Below the pieces are notes generated by a model. It searched no databases and was not told where the DNA came from. It was given only the letters and a program-made list of their open reading frames with translations. A stretch of 64,000 nt of DNA, from contig NC_134035.1 in the NCBI RefSeq assembly GCF_964204645.1, forward strand, positions 7,162,451 through 7,226,450. The letters run 5' to 3'. The position numbers and the translations under genes are program-made. This DNA is from Tubulanus polymorphus (taxonomy: Eukaryota; Animalia; Nemertea). Positions 59,569 through 64,000 of the stretch are shown piece by piece (the first letter of the stretch is position 1; each line of letters starts with the position of its first letter).

Positions 59569-61019
59569 GATGATACTACCAGTTAAATTCCCCAACGGTG
59601 TTTTGCAATTGAAAACAAATTCTTCACGCCTCACGCCCAATCAATTGCAGGAGGATGATAAATTTCCATACTTGAGAATCAATTTTTTGCTGATCACCGA
59701 ATTCATGGTTAGTGCTGAACGCTAAATCCTTCAAAAAGTTCGATGAAATTCCGCACGTAATTACTGTATATCACGTGGTACCGAAAGAAAAGTTAAAGTA
59801 AATTAGACCGACAAGATGGCTGCGTCCATTAATTCCACTACGACATCAATTATAAGCCTTCGTAAATCAAGCATATATATTCTGCCTTCGTTTATTGACA
59901 TAAGTCAAATCACCAGATAATTCGATGGAGCCATAACATAGGCAGTAGTCCTAACTAGAGGGGGCTAAGTTACTTTAATTCCAGATCCGTATCTAGCGTG
60001 GCTCAATCGGTAGCAGTAAAACTGATAAAACGTCTACGTGTATAATGCAAGACTTCAGTTTCTTTCCGGTCTTCGAGTTGATTGCTTTTACACTAATCCC
60101 CTTATTACTGTCAGTTTCGGTTCAATCGCCATAGTTTCGTCGGATGCCATTTGTTCACGCAGATCCGGTTTACGTCGAGATCTATTCTGTCGTGCGGCAC
60201 GGCATCAATTTGTCTACTAATTATCGAAAATTAGCAAATCGGAAATACGTCGCCGCACGAAAGCCTTTTATATGCTATATTATCTTCCTATGTGTTTCTT
60301 TCTGCTGGTACTTTTTTCAAAACGTTTCGCGCAAAGCGTAAACAACTGCAGTTCAGTACATTAGGGCAATGGAAAGCTAGTTTAGGACCCCATACGAATA
60401 GTCAGATTGCTTATTGATATATCTTTATCTCTGCTAAAACAGTACTTAGATTTCGGAATTGTCGAGCCGAATATGAAAGCGGGTCCTGAACGTTTCCGTC
60501 TAAAGTGACAAATGAGGATCGTATTGGACGTTTGTGTGTAACTACAGCAGCGTTTAAATACGCATGTTAGCAGCGACTTTAGATCTTGATCTTGAAATAG
60601 GGAATCATCCCTCTTACTTATTTGATTGGGCCGATTAATTCTGATTTGATTTGAGTTCTGTGTCCCTTACAGATCCAACGCACCTGTCGGGAAAATGGGT
60701 TTTACGTCGGATGATCGGTGACATTTCACCGATTTTAAGCTCGATGACCTGCACATTCAACCGCAGTAGGTTTTGGAACGACGGACTGCAAAGTCTGCCA
60801 TGTGCCGGAAGTCTCAAGATGATTCAAATCTTCGGTCAGTATGTAGACTAAACCTATTGAATTCGAGGAACAGTTAGAAGGCGACAAGACCTTACGATAG
60901 CGAAAAAGGATATTTTTGGGAATCGATCCTGACGTACTATATAATCTCGAAACAAAAGAGACAAACTTTTTCACTGTAACCGAAAATATTTCATAAAAAT
61001 AATTTCCAATTTTCATACT

Positions 61020-61590
61020 CAATTCAATTTCAATTTATTCATCATAAATCCAAATTGTAAGATTATGAATGAAGAAAAACAACGCTAACAAACAAAAAAA
61101 AAACGAAAAAGATGCACAATAAAAAGAAAAAAACTAATAGAGGTAATAATATTATATATTATATACATACAATAAACTTTAAGTGGTATTTACAAGCCCA
61201 TGGTGTATAAATTTCGCGACATTCCACAAGATTGGTTTATTTGGTTTAATAAAGGCCGAAAGAAAAGAGTCTAGGTTTAGATTTACAATACTATATTTAA
61301 TTCTTAGGTTATCCTGAAGTTTACAATATAAAAGAAAATGTGATTCGTTGCCGATTGCGTTACAAGTGATGGAAATACGATTTGATTGATCAATGCCAAG
61401 TCTCCTTCTTCCTTTTTCAATTATGAGATTATGACATGACATTCGAAGTTTCGTTATTGCTGATTTCAACGAGTGACCTTTTAAGAATAATGAATATGGT
61501 TCTAGCTCAAATTTTGATTTAACAGTTCTATCAAAGTTATACCGGCTGTGAATCGGATCATTGATCTCTGAATTCCAGAAAACAAGAAAA
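61020..61590 (-). mobile_element. LINE (CR1/L2-like) 3' end remnant
   Basis: ITKLRMSCHNLIIEKGR...CNAIGNESHFLLYC is a typical LINE ORF2 terminus, followed by an AT-rich tail with aattg repeats. Confidence 0.75.
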
Positions 61591-61692
61591 CCCTCCTACA
61601 TATATTTACATATATTTACATACAATTCTAGTTGATCTGGTTATTTTTGGATTGTGCCCGATATTTTCCCATGGTTAAGATTACAGTCGGAT

Positions 61693-61795
61693 GGGGAGGG
61701 GGAGGGGAGGGGAGGGGAGGTATAGGGAGAGGGAGAGGGAGAGGGAGAGGGAGAGGGAGAGGGAGAGGGAGAGGAGAAGGAGAAGGGAGAGGGAG
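61693..61795 (+). repeat. (GGGAGA)n purine microsatellite
   Basis: Direct inspection. Confidence 0.95.
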
Positions 61796-64000
61796 TTGTG
61801 ATTGGAGATTGTTTAACAGTCGTTGAACTCTGTCCCGTTGAACGAGTCAGTTCAAAACCTTCAACAACGTCACAACTAAAAACATACAAAATGATTATAA
61901 CAGATGGTCAAGAGTCATCAAATGAGTTAATATTGGCTCTTCTGGAGATTGAATTCTACGATTTTCTATGGCTGCCTGCATGAGATCCTTGCGAGATGAT
62001 GAAACAAAGCCACATTCTTCAAAGCGACTGTTTTCTAAGTAAATTGAGTTAGCTGTTCGTGAATGAAGTAACAAGGCAACTCATCGAGGTATTTGTGGGG
62101 ACTACGATTATTCAAGAAGGTTTCATATTGTTTCTTTGAACAAAATTGATCACAAAGAGATGATATGCGCATATTCATCGGGAGCACGTAGCGATGCTCT
62201 TAATGCAGGTCGGCATCTTTTGTTAAGTGCCAGTTTTTGGTGATATAGATGCCTCAAATCCGTGACCGTACGCAGCACATTGCTATCGTGCAAAATTATC
62301 TTTTTATTGCTAGAGCTCGATAAAGAGAGCTGCTCTTTCTCTTATTCGGTTACGGATATTGGATTGTGAACGCGTATGTTCAAACTATATGATATTCTTC
62401 GTGTAGATGTACGTGTTTTAGAAAGACAAATCAGAACTGTTAATTCGATGCCAGGTCTTCACAATTTCTCGGTAGATAAGATCGGATTGAAGTTTCTGAA
62501 CAAATCAAACGACATTAAACAATCCCACGGAATATATTTTGATCTCGACGAGTTAAAGAGTCGGATGTTCAATCGGATTCAACACTTCTAGATTGAACAT
62601 TGTCGAATAGATCGTTACGTAGTTTCCACGCATAGGTCAAAATCGTTTTGCGAAAAATATTAATGCGTGAAGATATCGACAACAGTTAGAGAGATTGCGA
62701 GAAGAATGCATGGAATCGTGGGCGACGCGTACTTAACTATACGGGAAAATTCATAATAAAGAAAATCGAAGTGAATTTAGTAGTGTGAACTTTGCCACTT
62801 ACGTCGAAGACGAACAAAGCCTCGTTTGAATGGAGATTTCGAGCTGTATGTAGGAGGCTGTCTCCGGTCACAGAATCCCGCTGTTTGTTTTCCGTCCGAA
62901 TACAATAATCCCGCATATGATTAAATCCGATTTGCGGGGAATAACACAATAAGACTATATAAGCAGCCGATGCTCTAAAGCTAGGGACCTGATTTTATTG
63001 TCTACGAGCCATACAACGGTAAACTAGGGGGTCGGAGGAACCATCGATATTTACGATTGAGTCGATTCATGGTCAACGCGAGGTGTGTCGATTGAAAGGA
63101 AAGGAAAATATTTCGTAGAAAACGTTATATATCGATAAAGATCGTTTCGGCGGCTTGTTTGGTTTGAATTTGAGGATGGACGACGGTTTGTTTTTTAAAC
63201 GGCAGAGCAAATGCTTATATATCTATATCCCGTTCAAAGCACGTTGAATAAACATACGACGGGGAAACGTGTCCGACATGTGATCGTAATGTTTCATGAC
63301 TTCGGTATTTCAGTGAGCATTCAGCCTATCTTGAAATAAATATTCAAAAGTCGAGTAGTATTATAGTGTTGGCGTTGCATTTCCTCGACCATCTTTGACA
63401 GTGAAAACCGCAATAATTAGCAAGAGTACGTAAGCACTGGTCCGCTGCTGCAAGACGCCGCTTTGTCGCATTGAGTGCTAACGAAAACACATTGACATCG
63501 ACTCAAGACATTTACGCGGCTCAACCATCAGTTTAAATAGAATAACATCGATACGAATCTTATCCGCGGAATTTTCTATTCGTATATATTAAAATGCAGT
63601 CGTCGGCTGTATTGAGATTGGAGCTGTTGCTACTGATGTCGAATAGTAAGTACTCATTATATTTCTTTTATCATTTTGATGTAAAAGATTGAATCAAATC
63701 GTGACGGATTAACAATCATCGTCTGCGTCTTAAAAATGCCTTGATTTCCGTGGTTTATATCTGGTATAGAATTCTTGTTTTAAATCTAAAGCTATGCGCA
63801 ATAGTAATGTGGGCGTGTAATTGGGATTGCTATATAGATGGCTCAGTTGATCGGTAGTTATAGTGGCATCGCTGTATAGATTATATCTATTAGAACCGAC
63901 GAAACGCTTGCGATCCGACTTTTGACGGGGAATACGGATCAGTTTCCTTTGCAACGACCATATTTCAATTTAAACAGTTGTAATTCGACACAAAAAAGAT

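Noticed and set aside
60900-60935. IFLGIDPD as a possible RuvC-I (TnpB/Fanzor-like) motif
   Set aside because: It is a single short motif next to a stop codon, with no other RuvC or zinc-finger motifs or transposon ends. Chance cannot be excluded.

Overview
This is eukaryotic DNA: AT-rich, with GT-AG introns. It is most likely from a marine invertebrate such as a lophotrochozoan, which is an inference from gene and repeat types. I assembled the genes by hand from splice sites with consistent phases. (1) The last coding exon of a Crk/CrkL-like SH3 adaptor (+). (2) A complete 22-exon gene of about 1500 aa (-, 19122-8975) with the layout helical solenoid (ARM/HEAT-like) - acidic coiled coil - Death domain - TIR - TIR - polybasic CaaX. 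Both TIRs keep the alphaC glutamate that is catalytic in NADase TIRs, and this is the strongest candidate for an undescribed system. (3) An SLC16/MCT-type MFS transporter. (4) Two tandem paralogs of a secreted 3xVWA protein, with a strongly diverged first VWA domain and near-identical second and third domains. (5) A secreted C-type lectin - Thr-rich mucin - PAN/apple protein, plus a decayed copy of its last exon, which suggests a two-gene segmental duplication. The rest is rich in transposable elements. These include LINE, DIRS and MULE remnants, many MITEs, and a three-level nest (MULE, then an AT-TSD foldback element, then an 8-bp-TSD element carrying satellites). There are also four IS3EU-like MITEs inside one gene and a palindromic element with tRNA-like arms. 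I found no CRISPR arrays, rRNA or intact tRNA. Family assignments come from motif recognition only; no searches were run.
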